Assembly (NCBI GenBank): GCA_046734955.1
Contig: JBKPSH010000113.1
Span: 33,518 to 97,517, forward strand
Direction of reading: 5' to 3'
From: Acidobacteriota bacterium
GTDB lineage: Bacteria; Acidobacteriota; Vicinamibacteria; Vicinamibacterales; 2-12-FULL-66-21
DNA: 64,000 nt
Part shown: one piece after another, positions 40,297 through 49,748 of the stretch
Layout: every line of letters starts with the position of its first letter
Position numbering within the stretch: the first letter of the stretch is position 1
Translations under genes and position numbers: made by a program
The notes under the pieces: generated by a model
What the model was told of the DNA's origin: nothing
What the model saw: the letters and a program-made list of their open reading frames with translations, nothing else
Database searches by the model: none

Positions 40297-42693
40297 CTAT
40301 TCCGATAACGGCTGTGGCGCGTCGGGCACTGCCCAGACGATTTTTGTGAACTGCCCGCGCTGGAGCAGCTCGCGTCCCTTCCCACCGCGGCCCGTCACTT
40401 CGTACTTGCCAGTGCTGATCGTCTGTTCGGCACCGCGACTCGTCTCGACGATCAGCATGTCGCGATCGCCACTCGACGCCACAAAGCCGAGCACACGATC
40501 TGCGTCGGACGTCAGTTTGATCAGAATGACGCCGCGTCCCGGGCCCGACAGGAAATTGACTTCCTCCACTTTGGTCAGAATCGCGCGCGCTTCGCGCGTA
40601 GCAGCAATCAGAATTTCGTCACCCGTTATTCGGGCAACGCCAACGAACTCGGCGCCATCGGCAGCTCTCGCAAACCGCCGGCCTCCCCGCGTACTCGGTT
40701 CGACGAACGGTGCAAGGCTGAACCGCAGGCTGTATCCGTCGCTCGTCACTGCCACTGCGTGCACATCCGGCACGTCACCTTCCTTGGCCGCCGTGATCTT
40801 GCCTACCACTCGCGGGTCGAGGCTCAGCGCGGCGACGATGCGCTCGCCGTCTTTCAGCTTGAAGAAGCGCTGGATTGGTTCACCGTAACCGGTGGACGCC
40901 GGGATATCCGTAATTCTGGATGTGTATGCGACGCCAAAGTTGCTGAAGAAGACAACCGAGGCACGCGTGCTCCCGGGCAGCACCGCCATGACGGTATCCC
41001 CTTCTCTGACTCGCGTCGCGGCAACATCCTTCACTTCCTTCTGCCGCTTTACCCATCCGTCGCGAGAGACGAGCACAACGTTGTCTTCTTCGACGATGAA
41101 GTCCTCGGCCGTGTACTCGGCCTCCCCTTCGTCGCTGGCAATACTTGTGCGGCGTACATCGCCGTACTTCTTCTGAATTTCCTCGATTTCAACGCGGACG
41201 ATGTCCCAGCGGCTGTCTTCGTCTTTCAAGAGCGTGTTGATTTGACGAACGCGACGACGGCGATCCTCGAGTTCCTTACGAATCAGGAGAATCTCGAGCC
41301 GTGCGAGTCGATAGATTTTCAGTTCGAGAATCGCATCGGTCTGTTCCGCATCGAGACTGAACCGCTTGATGATCTGCTGCGCCGCGTCCGCTTTGCCTTC
41401 CGACTTGCGGACGATCTTCAGGATCTCGTCGAGCGCATCGAAGACCTTCTCGAATCCTTCGAGGATGTGGACTCGTTTCTTGATCGCGGCCAGCTCGTGT
41501 TCCAGTCGCTTGGTGACGACATCGAGCCGGAAGTGCAGGAAGTGCCACAGCATCGAATGAAGATCGAGCCGCTCGGGCCGGCCGACCTCCTGGTTCTCGG
41601 TCGGGATCAGGCACGTAAGGTTGACGATGAAGCTGGTCTGGAGCGGCGTGTGTTTGAAGAGATACGCCATCACCATCTTTTCATCGGCGTCTTTCTTCAA
41701 TTCGAGCGCAATCCGCACATCGTCGGTCGATAGATCCTTGACGTCGACGAGCGGCGGCAGCTTGCGGCTGAGCGCGACCTCGGCGATGCGCTCGACCAGC
41801 GTTGCCTTGTTCACCGTGTAAGGAACGCTCGTGATGTAGATGGTTTTTCCGCTTCTGGTAACCGGGCCTTCTTCCCATGTGGCGCGCAAACGGATCGCTC
41901 CCGACCCGGTTTTGTAGATTTCCTTCAGCTCCGCCGGCGAGTTCAGCATCTGGCCGCCCGTCGGGAAGTCCGGCCCCTTCACATACCGACACAACTGCAC
42001 GCTGCTCAAATCAGCGTCGTCGAGAAGCTTGATCAGAGCCGTGCAGATTTCGTTCAGATTGTGCGGAGGAATATTGGTCGCCATGCCGACCGCGATGCCT
42101 GTCGCACCGTTGATCAGCAGGTTGGGAATTCGCGCCGGCAGGACGACCGGTTCGGTGCGGGTGCCGTCGTAATTCGGACGAAATGGTACGGTCGTTTGAT
42201 CGATTTCCGCGAGCATCTCGTCGCTGATGCGCGCCAGGCGGCATTCCGTGTACCGCATGGCTGCGGCGCTATCGCCGTCGAGCGACCCGAAGTTCCCGGA
42301 TCCATCGATCAGCGGATAGCGCAACGAAAACGGTTGGGCCATCCGAACCAGCGTTTCGTACAACGCGGAGTCACCGTGCGGGTGGTAGTTGCCCATCACG
42401 TCGCCGACCACCTTCGCGCATTTCCGGTACTTGGCATCCGCGGTGAGGTTCTGCTGCCACATCGTGTAAAGGATGCGGCGCTGCACCGGTTTCAGGCCGT
42501 CGCGGACGTCGGGGAGCGCGCGCGACGTGATGACCGAGAGTGCGTAATTGAGGTATCGGGTTTGGGCGGCTTCGTGGAGCGCCACAGCTTCCGGATCGTT
42601 CGGACCACCCGGTCCGCCCGGTCCGCGTGTATCGATAATCGCTCCGCCGTCACCGTCGAAGAGCGATGGTTCCTTCTTCCTGCGTTTGGCCAT
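40297..42693 (-). CDS. Type IIA DNA topoisomerase subunit A (ParC/GyrA family)
   Basis: 798 aa with [18 protein letters not shown] and active-site [10 protein letters not shown]. There is no QRRGGKG box after [20 protein letters not shown] motif lies near the C-terminus. Confidence 0.9.
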   Translation of the reverse strand: MAKRRKKEPSLFDGDGGAIIDTRGPGGPGGPNDPEAVALHEAAQTRYLNYALSVITSRALPDVRDGLKPVQRRILYTMWQQNLTADAKYRKCAKVVGDVMGNYHPHGDSALYETLVRMAQPFSLRYPLIDGSGNFGSLDGDSAAAMRYTECRLARISDEMLAEIDQTTVPFRPNYDGTRTEPVVLPARIPNLLINGATGIAVGMATNIPPHNLNEICTALIKLLDDADLSSVQLCRYVKGPDFPTGGQMLNSPAELKEIYKTGSGAIRLRATWEEGPVTRSGKTIYITSVPYTVNKATLVERIAEVALSRKLPPLVDVKDLSTDDVRIALELKKDADEKMVMAYLFKHTPLQTSFIVNLTCLIPTENQEVGRPERLDLHSMLWHFLHFRLDVVTKRLEHELAAIKKRVHILEGFEKVFDALDEILKIVRKSEGKADAAQQIIKRFSLDAEQTDAILELKIYRLARLEILLIRKELEDRRRRVRQINTLLKDEDSRWDIVRVEIEEIQKKYGDVRRTSIASDEGEAEYTAEDFIVEEDNVVLVSRDGWVKRQKEVKDVAATRVREGDTVMAVLPGSTRASVVFFSNFGVAYTSRITDIPASTGYGEPIQRFFKLKDGERIVAALSLDPRVVGKITAAKEGDVPDVHAVAVTSDGYSLRFSLAPFVEPSTRGGRRFARAADGAEFVGVARITGDEILIAATREARAILTKVEEVNFLSGPGRGVILIKLTSDADRVLGFVASSGDRDMLIVETSRGAEQTISTGKYEVTGRGGKGRELLQRGQFTKIVWAVPDAPQPLSE

Positions 42694-42710
42694 GGGAGGA
42701 GGATACCAAA

Positions 42711-43403
42711 GGAGGTCACGGAGGGAACGGAGATTAAAAACGAAGGAACGGAGGGAACGGAGACGAACGGAGAAGAATCAGTCATTGGAGAACGAAGGTG
42801 GGATCTCGTTGGACCGAGCCGCCTCTGCCCCGGGATCAGCGCTCCTGGCCATGTCGGGATTGAGAATCCGTTTCACTCCATCCTTCAGAACAGGCACATT
42901 GAAATTGATTAAGAGGCCGACTGGTTTGCGGGAGAGTTTCAGGTAGGTGAGCATTTGCGCCGTATGAATCGGCGATAGTGTCTCCACGGACTTCAATTCC
43001 ACGATCACCGTATCGTCGACGAGTAGATCTGCTCGATATCCGGCCTCAAGATGAATGCCCCAATACACCAGCGGAATCGGCCACTGGGTGACGACGGCCA
43101 GTCCGGATTGCCGTAATTCGAATACAACACAAGGTGAATAGACCGATTCGAGCAGTCCGGGTCCAGTCGCGCGATGGACTCTGATCGCGGCGCCGATAAT
43201 GGTACTGGTAAGGCGATTCGTGCTGAACGGATGGTAAGCATGTGTCGGGAAGCTGCAAGCGATCTGCCGCCGCGCAACCCTTTGGATTTGGATGTTTGGA
43301 TCACAAAGTACGCAGAAACTCCTGTTTGGTCAGCGGCAATGACAGAAAAATCTTCGTTCGTCTCCGTTATCTCCGTTCCTTCGTTGTGAACTCCGTTACC
43401 TCC
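42711..43403. mobile_element. Inverted-repeat-bounded GxxExxY cassette 1 (putative insertion module)
   Basis: IR-L at 42711-42785 (GGAGGTCACGGAG..ACGAAGGAACGGAGGGAACGGAGACGAACGGAG..GTCATT) matches the reverse complement of IR-R at 43338-43403. The interior is visibly lower in GC than the flanks. Total length is 693 bp. Confidence 0.5.
42778..43241 (-). pseudogene. GxxExxY (PD-(D/E)xK, PDDEXK_3-like) protein, start lost or frameshifted
   Basis: The frame is open from 43329. It encodes LTSTIIGAAIRVHRATGPGLLESVY...DLLVDDTVIVELK. The first in-frame ATG/GTG/TTG is GTG 43068, in mid-domain. The only upstream ATG (43241) is in a frame shifted by one nucleotide relative to the domain. Confidence 0.6.
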
Positions 43404-43413
43404 GAGGCCGCCT

Positions 43414-44328
43414 ATGCTTCTCCGTTATCTCCACCTCGATGTGTTCACCGACACTCCCTTCGAAGGAAATCAGCTGGCCGTGTTCCCGGAGCCGCATGGC
43501 CTCGACACCACCATGATGCAGACGATCACCCGCGAGATGAACTTCTCCGAGTGCACGTTCATCTTTCCCCCGGAACGCGGTGGAGATGTGAAGATGCGCA
43601 TCTTCACACCCGGCGAAGAACTGCCGATGGCCGGCCATCCGACGATTGGATCGACCTTCGCGCTTGCCATCGAGGGCACTATCGCACGAGGGCGCACCGA
43701 CTTCGTCTTCGAACTCGGTGTCGGGCCGACGCCGGTTTCGCTCGAGTGGAAAGACGGCACCCTGTCGTTCGCCTGGATGACGCAGCAGCTGCCGAACTTT
43801 GGCCCGGTCGTTCGTGATCGCCAGGCACTCGCGAGTGCTATTGGCGTCAGCGAATCAGATCTGGCGGGGAATCTGCCGGCGCAGGTCGTATCCTGCGGCG
43901 TGCCGTTTGTGTTCGTCGCGCTAGGATCTCGGGACGCGGTCGATTCAGTGTCGATCGATCGCAAGGGGCTCGCTCGTTGCTATGACGAGAGCGGCATCGA
44001 AGAGATCCCAACCTTCTTCTTCACAACCGCCGGCAAGCAGGAGACTGGCGCGGCACAAACCGTCTACAGCCGCATGCTCGCCGCGTCTTTTGGAATTGCC
44101 GAGGACCCTGCCACCGGTGGCGCAAGCGGGCCGCTCGGGTGTTATCTGCTTCAGTACAAGTTGGTGACGCCGGACGCGGCGAAGAACATTCTGAGCCTGC
44201 AGGGCGTACTGATGAAACGCCCGAGCCGCCTTCACATCTCCGTCGACAGCGCGAACGGCGCCATCACACGCGTGCGCGTCGGTGGCCGCTCGGTCCTGGT
44301 TGGCCGTGGGGAACTCAACGCGAGCTAA
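43414..44328 (+). CDS. PhzF-family isomerase
   Basis: 304 aa with MLLRYLHLDVFTDTPFEGNQLAVF and GHPTIGS. Confidence 0.88.
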   Translation: MLLRYLHLDVFTDTPFEGNQLAVFPEPHGLDTTMMQTITREMNFSECTFIFPPERGGDVKMRIFTPGEELPMAGHPTIGSTFALAIEGTIARGRTDFVFELGVGPTPVSLEWKDGTLSFAWMTQQLPNFGPVVRDRQALASAIGVSESDLAGNLPAQVVSCGVPFVFVALGSRDAVDSVSIDRKGLARCYDESGIEEIPTFFFTTAGKQETGAAQTVYSRMLAASFGIAEDPATGGASGPLGCYLLQYKLVTPDAAKNILSLQGVLMKRPSRLHISVDSANGAITRVRVGGRSVLVGRGELNAS

Positions 44329-44331
44329 CCG

Positions 44332-44811
44332 TCAATCAAACTCGACCCGCGGGCTCGTTTGCTCGGCTCCCACGCGCCCTGTTGCGATGTCTGCCTTGGC
44401 GTAGTTCTCAGCACGGACGGGCGCACCCGCAAGTCGACGCAACATCGCGATCTGGCCGATATGCGCCAGGGAATCGGCGACCGGTCCCTGGAAGAGCTGT
44501 TCCACGGTGCACGCGAGCGGAGTGTCGTTCGCGAGCCGTTCATCGAAACGGCGCAGCGCCGAGAAAAACCGCGCGCATTCGTCGTCCCACGCGAGCGGCG
44601 TCGAGTTGTTCCATCGCTGCGGCCCATCCGCCATCGTCAACGCCCAGTCATAGAGATCCCCGATGTGCGCGAGGATCTGCCCCGGCGTCCGCGATGAATC
44701 CCCAACCTTGAACTCCGCAAAACCAGCCGGCGCGCCTCGAACCGCCTTGCCGCCGCGATACGCGACGGTCGCCAGTGTGTGCCGCAAAAGGGTCCTCGCG
44801 TCCGGGTCCAC
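44332..44811 (-). CDS. DinB-family (four-helix bundle) protein
   Basis: 159 aa with TLATVAYRGGKAV and ILAHIGDLYDWAL. Confidence 0.7.
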   Translation of the reverse strand: MDPDARTLLRHTLATVAYRGGKAVRGAPAGFAEFKVGDSSRTPGQILAHIGDLYDWALTMADGPQRWNNSTPLAWDDECARFFSALRRFDERLANDTPLACTVEQLFQGPVADSLAHIGQIAMLRRLAGAPVRAENYAKADIATGRVGAEQTSPRVEFD

Positions 44812-44849
44812 ATCTACCTCCGATATATTCAGTCTTCGGTCACGCCTAA

Positions 44850-44855
44850 TATAAT
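44850..44855 (+). promoter_or_regulatory. Perfect TATAAT -10 box; candidate leaderless promoter
   Basis: The TATAAT ends 6 nt before ATG 44862. There is no SD between them and only a weak -35. Confidence 0.35.
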
Positions 44856-44861
44856 CCCAGC

Positions 44862-45911
44862 ATGCGGCCGGATCAGTGGGAGACGTTCAAGCGCGCGGCG
44901 AGGCGGGAAAAACTGGACAAGGTGCCGATGGCGCTGATTGTCGACAGCCCGTGGATCCCTGGCTACCTTGGGATCAAGCATCTCGATTACTACCTCGATC
45001 CGCAGCTCTGGTTCGAGTCAAACCTCAAGATCATGCGGGAATTTCCTGACATCATCATGGTGCCGTCGTGGTGGATGGAATACGGGATGGCGGCCGAACC
45101 GTCGGTGCTTGGGGCCAAGATCAAGTTCTGGCAGGACAACACACCCAGCGAGTACCACACGCTCTACCGGCTGGAAGACATCGATCAATTTCCGGAATAC
45201 GAAGTCGAAGCGGACGCATTCGCCGCGCTGACGCTCCACCGAATCGGCATGCACCGCCAGCAGATCCTCGACCACGGCTACATCCTCCCGATGGTGACGT
45301 CGCGGGGACCACTCTGCACCGCGGGTTTCGTGCGAAGCACAACGAATTTAATGATCGAGCTGGTGGAGAACCCCGACGGGGCGCACAAACTGATCGACTT
45401 GTGCACGCGTGTGATCATCGACTGGCTCAAAGCGCAGCACAAAGTCATGGGCGACACGGTCGAGGGCATCTTCATCCTCGACGACATCGTCGGATTCATC
45501 AACGAAGATCACTACCAGGAATTCGCACACCCCTACCTGAAGCGGATCTGTGATGCCTTTCCAAAGGACTGGGTCAAGGTGTACCACAACGACGCCGAAG
45601 TCGACGCGTGCCTCGATTACCTGCCCGATGCGGGGTTTCACGTGCTCAACTGGGGCAAGCAGAAAGACATTCGCGAAGTGAAGGCGCGTGTCGGCGATCG
45701 CATGTGCCTCATGGGCAATGTGAATCCGCTCGAGATCGCGGTACGTGGCACCCCCGAAGAAGTCAGAGACGCAACGCTCGACGTCCTTGAAGGATCAGGC
45801 GGCGAAGGCATCATCCTGTCGGTCGGCGGCGGCGTCAGCCCCGGGATGCCGCGCGAAAACATCGTCGCGATGCTCGAAGCACTCGAAGAGTTCAATTCCA
45901 GCCGTGTTTGA
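44862..45911 (+). CDS. URO-D/MtaA-family methyltransferase
   Basis: 349 aa with a uroporphyrinogen-decarboxylase-like TIM-barrel pattern (ILDDIVGFI, NVNPLEI, ILSVGGGVSPGMP). First gene of the corrinoid operon. Confidence 0.75.
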   Translation: MRPDQWETFKRAARREKLDKVPMALIVDSPWIPGYLGIKHLDYYLDPQLWFESNLKIMREFPDIIMVPSWWMEYGMAAEPSVLGAKIKFWQDNTPSEYHTLYRLEDIDQFPEYEVEADAFAALTLHRIGMHRQQILDHGYILPMVTSRGPLCTAGFVRSTTNLMIELVENPDGAHKLIDLCTRVIIDWLKAQHKVMGDTVEGIFILDDIVGFINEDHYQEFAHPYLKRICDAFPKDWVKVYHNDAEVDACLDYLPDAGFHVLNWGKQKDIREVKARVGDRMCLMGNVNPLEIAVRGTPEEVRDATLDVLEGSGGEGIILSVGGGVSPGMPRENIVAMLEALEEFNSSRV

Positions 45912-46555
45912 ACATGCCTGATTACGCGCTGATGAACCAGTACCTCTACGAAGGCAATGCCAAAGAGGTCGAGCAGATGACGAAGGACGCCCTCGCTGAA
46001 GGACGTCCCGTCCAGGAGGTTCTCACCGAAGGGCTGATTGCCGGCATGAGCGTCGTCGGAGAGGATTTCAAACACAACGTGCTCTATGTTCCGGAAGTGT
46101 TAATTGCTGCCAGAGCGATGAAGGCGGGAATGGCCGTGCTCAAACCGCTCCTGAGCGCCAAAGACAGCGCTGTCGAACGCAAGGGCGTGCTGCTGATGGG
46201 AACCGTGCGCGGTGATCTGCACGACATCGGGAAGAATCTCGTGTGCATGATGGCGGAGGGAGCCGGGTTCGAAGTCGTCGACATCGGTGTCGACCAAAGC
46301 GTCGAGAAGTTCATGGCAGCCGCAGAGAAGTGCCAACCAGTGATCATCGGAATGAGCGCGCTTCTGACGACGACGATGACTTACATGAAGACGGTCATCG
46401 ACGGATTCGAGAAGGCCGGCAAGGGACACATCAAGATGGCCGTCGGTGGCGCCCCGATCAGCCAGATGTTCGCTGACGAGATCGGCGCGGACGGCTACGG
46501 ACAGAACGCCTCCGCCGCGGTGGATCTGTTCCTGCGTCTGGCTAGGCAGTCCTAA
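45908..46555 (+). CDS. Corrinoid (B12-binding) protein
   Basis: 215 aa with the DxHxxG...SxL...GG signature: GDLHDIGKNLV, MSALLTTT, MAVGGAP. ATGA overlap with the upstream gene. Confidence 0.9.
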   Translation: MNMPDYALMNQYLYEGNAKEVEQMTKDALAEGRPVQEVLTEGLIAGMSVVGEDFKHNVLYVPEVLIAARAMKAGMAVLKPLLSAKDSAVERKGVLLMGTVRGDLHDIGKNLVCMMAEGAGFEVVDIGVDQSVEKFMAAAEKCQPVIIGMSALLTTTMTYMKTVIDGFEKAGKGHIKMAVGGAPISQMFADEIGADGYGQNASAAVDLFLRLARQS

Positions 46556-46557
46556 AC

Positions 46558-46815
46558 GTGGCCACTTACACCATTCTCTACTGGCAGGAGATTCCTTCGC
46601 AGATCAAGGCGGAGGACGATCTCGACGACGTCACCTTGCCGCTCGATGCCAGATTCATGGAACGGATCGATCAACTCGCCAGTCAGCGTGGTCTCCAGGG
46701 AACAGACGATTACCTCGCTCAATGGCGATGGAGTGAACCACAGGAACGCACGGGAACGGCCGAAGAAGTCGCGCACGCGATCAAGCTGGAGCTCGAACGC
46801 GCCGCCGGTTGGTAG
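46558..46815 (+). CDS. Small conserved operon protein (hypothetical)
   Basis: 85 aa (MATYTILYWQEIPSQIKAEDD...). It starts 2 nt after the corrinoid-protein stop and shows coding-like GC3. Confidence 0.6.
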   Translation: MATYTILYWQEIPSQIKAEDDLDDVTLPLDARFMERIDQLASQRGLQGTDDYLAQWRWSEPQERTGTAEEVAHAIKLELERAAGW

Positions 46816-46827
46816 TCCTTTCCACGC

Positions 46828-48486
46828 ATGCCGGTCACCCTCACGGTCAACGGCCACCGGATCGTCGCGCCGACCGGCGTTTCGCTCTTCAGCCTCGCCG
46901 AACAGGCGGGCGTCCGCGTGCCGACCTCGTGCGTCACACAGGGGAAGTGCAAGGAATGCGTGGTTGAAGTGACGCGCGGGATGGAGTTGCTCTCGGCGCC
47001 TACCGATTTCGAGAAGCATCTCGATCTGCGCGGCAGCCCCTTCCGTCTTTCCTGCCAGTGCCGGATCGTGTCTGAACACGGCGAGGTTGACTGCCACACG
47101 ATGCGCCGCGGCCACATGCGCATCGAGCGAAAGGCATTGCACCTTCCCGTGACACACGAAACGACGCCGCTCGATCCAGCAGTGGCTCGGGACGGCGATC
47201 GCATTGTCGACACGGTCACAGGGGAAGAGATCGCGCGGTCGACCGGGCCGATGCACGGCCTCGCCGTCGACCTGGGGACGACAACGGTCGTCGTTCGTCT
47301 CATTGATCTTGAAAGCGGCGAGCTCGTGGCCGACGCATCGTTCGAGAATCCGCAGCGCTTCGGCGGCTCGGACGTCATGTCGAGAATTCACTACGACACC
47401 GAGCATCGCGGCCGATTGTTGATGCGGACCGTTGCCGGATATCTGAGCCACGCGATCACCGACCTGCCGGCCGATCCGGTCACCATCTACGACGTCGTGC
47501 TGGTCGGCAATTCAACCATGCGCGACCTGTTCTTCCGGCAGAGCGTGTATTCGATCGGACAGAACCCGTATCGGTCGATCACCGAAATTGAAATGGCCGA
47601 GGGAAAGCGGGCGACGACGAGCCTCACCACGACCGGGCGCCGCAGCCTCCTTCCCATTCATCCGAATGCGGGCGTCTCGGGTCTCCCGATCATCAGCGGC
47701 CATGTCGGCGCCGATGCTGCCGCGTGCATGCTGGCGGTCAATCTCGCGCACGAGGATCGTCTCGTTGCCATCATGGACATCGGGACGAACACCGAACTGA
47801 TTGTCGGCAACCGTGATCGCATTCTGGCGGCGTCCTGTCCCGCCGGCCCCGCATTCGAAGGCGGAGCAATCGCCTGCGGGATGCCTGGCCTGGACGGCGC
47901 GATTGAAGACGTGGCGATCAATGATGATGGAACGTTTCGGCTCGGTGTCATCGGCGGGGGTGCTCCGGATGGGATCTGCGGATCCGGTCTCGTTGATCTG
48001 CTGAGCGAGCTGCTTCGAACCGGCCGCATGAACGCGATGGGACGATTCGAAGACGACCTGGAACGAGTGATCCTCGATTCCAGTCGCAATATCTTTTTCC
48101 TGGAGCGCGACGTCAACGAGCTCGCACAGGCAAAGGGGGCCAACGTCGCAGGATTGCAGGTCGTCTTCAGCGATTACGGCATTCAATTCGACGACATAGC
48201 GGTGTTTTATCTGGCCGGTGGATTCGGCCGCCATTTGAAGAAGGGCGCGTCGAAGCGCATCGGACTCATCCCAAACATTGCAGACGAAAAGATCGTACAG
48301 GTCGGGAACGCGGCGCTCGAAGGTGCAACCATCGCGCTCGTGTCGCGCAGCCGGCGGCGGGAACTCGAGGCCTTGGTGAGAAAGGTGGAGCATCGCCGTC
48401 TCGAAACTCATCCCGGCTTTTTTGATTTCTTCGTCGATGGATGTCAGTTCCGACCTGCCGACTCTGGAAGCCGGGTGACCGGTTGA
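46828..48486 (+). CDS. Reductive activator of corrinoid enzymes (2Fe-2S ferredoxin + ASKHA/DUF4445)
   Basis: 552 aa. N-terminal CVTQGKCKECV...LSCQC cluster. ASKHA phosphate motifs AVDLGTTTVVVRL and IMDIGTNTELIVG. Confidence 0.85.
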   Translation: MPVTLTVNGHRIVAPTGVSLFSLAEQAGVRVPTSCVTQGKCKECVVEVTRGMELLSAPTDFEKHLDLRGSPFRLSCQCRIVSEHGEVDCHTMRRGHMRIERKALHLPVTHETTPLDPAVARDGDRIVDTVTGEEIARSTGPMHGLAVDLGTTTVVVRLIDLESGELVADASFENPQRFGGSDVMSRIHYDTEHRGRLLMRTVAGYLSHAITDLPADPVTIYDVVLVGNSTMRDLFFRQSVYSIGQNPYRSITEIEMAEGKRATTSLTTTGRRSLLPIHPNAGVSGLPIISGHVGADAAACMLAVNLAHEDRLVAIMDIGTNTELIVGNRDRILAASCPAGPAFEGGAIACGMPGLDGAIEDVAINDDGTFRLGVIGGGAPDGICGSGLVDLLSELLRTGRMNAMGRFEDDLERVILDSSRNIFFLERDVNELAQAKGANVAGLQVVFSDYGIQFDDIAVFYLAGGFGRHLKKGASKRIGLIPNIADEKIVQVGNAALEGATIALVSRSRRRELEALVRKVEHRRLETHPGFFDFFVDGCQFRPADSGSRVTG

Positions 48487-49709
48487 TCGAAATTGTCGAC
48501 AACTCGCCCGATATCAACGTTCAGCCTGCCGAGTATATGCGGCTGCTCGGATACCCTCGCGGCTTTACGCTCGAAGGACGCGCGCTGGAGCTCGCCGACA
48601 GCGCTCGCGAATGGTTCGAACGCAACGGACACCCGTGGGTTTTCGCGCGAGGTGTTGACACGCTGGCCGTCGAAGCCGATTCCGTCATCATCGATGGCGT
48701 CACCTTTAGCAGTCCTCGACTTCGCAGCACGTTGCACGACGCCGGAGCCCGAAGCGCCGTTCTCGTTGCCGTCAGCGCCGGGCCGGAGCTCGAGGAGGAA
48801 GCGCAGGCGCGGTGGCGTGATGCCAAGCCGGACGAGTATTTCTTCCTCGAAGTTTTCGGATCCGCTGTCGTCGAACACCTCGTGACGATGACCGGCGCAC
48901 GGCTCTGCGCGTGGGCCGACGGCGAAGGTGCGGCGATGCTCCCCCACTACAGCCCCGGTTACCCGGACTGGATCATTGACGAGCAGCCAAGCCTTCTCGA
49001 ACTAATTCGCGGCTCACGGCCCGACGCGATACGAATTGAAGCGATGGAATCGGGGATGCTGCGGCCGAAGAAGTCGCTGCTCGCGGTGTTCGGCGTCACG
49101 CATCATACTGATCGCGTTCGGCGATTGACAGAGTTGAGCCCATGCGAGAGCTGTTCATTCATCCCATGTCAGTACCGCCGCGCGCCGTACCGACGGTCAC
49201 GCGCGTCGTCAGCGTCGGAGTTACCGCTCAAGTCAGTCGAAACCGGCGCTCCGCTGACCAGGACTGCCAGCTACAGCGTCGGCCTCAAAGCGCTTCAACG
49301 ATGGCGACAGGAACGGCTCTCAATGACGGTCAGAGAAGACGGCCGAATCGCCGCCCTGTTTCGTTATGACGGGACGACCTGCACGAACATGGGAAGGCCG
49401 CTGCAGTTTCACTATCATGTGATCCTGGGACCACGCGAAAACGGCTATCCGATTCTGGAGCAATCGTGCGCGCCCGCACCCGGCGATGAAGGCCACACGT
49501 CCATGTGCCGGTACATCAGCGATCGCGAACAGCTGATGGCGACCATCGCGGTTGAGCATCCGCTCCACGGGCAGCCATTGGATGATGTGATTCGGTGGGT
49601 GCGGACGAGCAGTCCAGCCGGCTGTTACTGCGAGGTGGAGAGCCGCCAACACAAGTGGGGGCTCGTGCTCGAAACGATTCACTATGCGCTGTCTGTAGGC
49701 GCGGTCTAA
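48441..49709 (+). CDS. MetH activation-domain-like protein fused to a Cys-rich C-terminal domain of unknown function
   Basis: 422 aa. The N-terminal ~210 aa resemble the B12-dependent methionine synthase activation region (EYFFLEVFGSAVVEHL, HYSPGYPDWIIDEQPSLLELI). CESCSFIPC follows, then ~170 aa I cannot assign. TTG 48483 is an alternative start. Confidence 0.6.
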   Translation: MSVPTCRLWKPGDRLIEIVDNSPDINVQPAEYMRLLGYPRGFTLEGRALELADSAREWFERNGHPWVFARGVDTLAVEADSVIIDGVTFSSPRLRSTLHDAGARSAVLVAVSAGPELEEEAQARWRDAKPDEYFFLEVFGSAVVEHLVTMTGARLCAWADGEGAAMLPHYSPGYPDWIIDEQPSLLELIRGSRPDAIRIEAMESGMLRPKKSLLAVFGVTHHTDRVRRLTELSPCESCSFIPCQYRRAPYRRSRASSASELPLKSVETGAPLTRTASYSVGLKALQRWRQERLSMTVREDGRIAALFRYDGTTCTNMGRPLQFHYHVILGPRENGYPILEQSCAPAPGDEGHTSMCRYISDREQLMATIAVEHPLHGQPLDDVIRWVRTSSPAGCYCEVESRQHKWGLVLETIHYALSVGAV

Positions 49710-49748
49710 CGATGGCGGGGTCTCTAGACCCCGCCGGCATGTTTAACG

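Noticed and set aside
44812-44861. A cobalamin riboswitch upstream of the corrinoid operon.
   Set aside because: The spacer is only 50 nt and contains a TATAAT box. That leaves no room for the ~200-nt B12 element and no B12-box-like sequence was seen.
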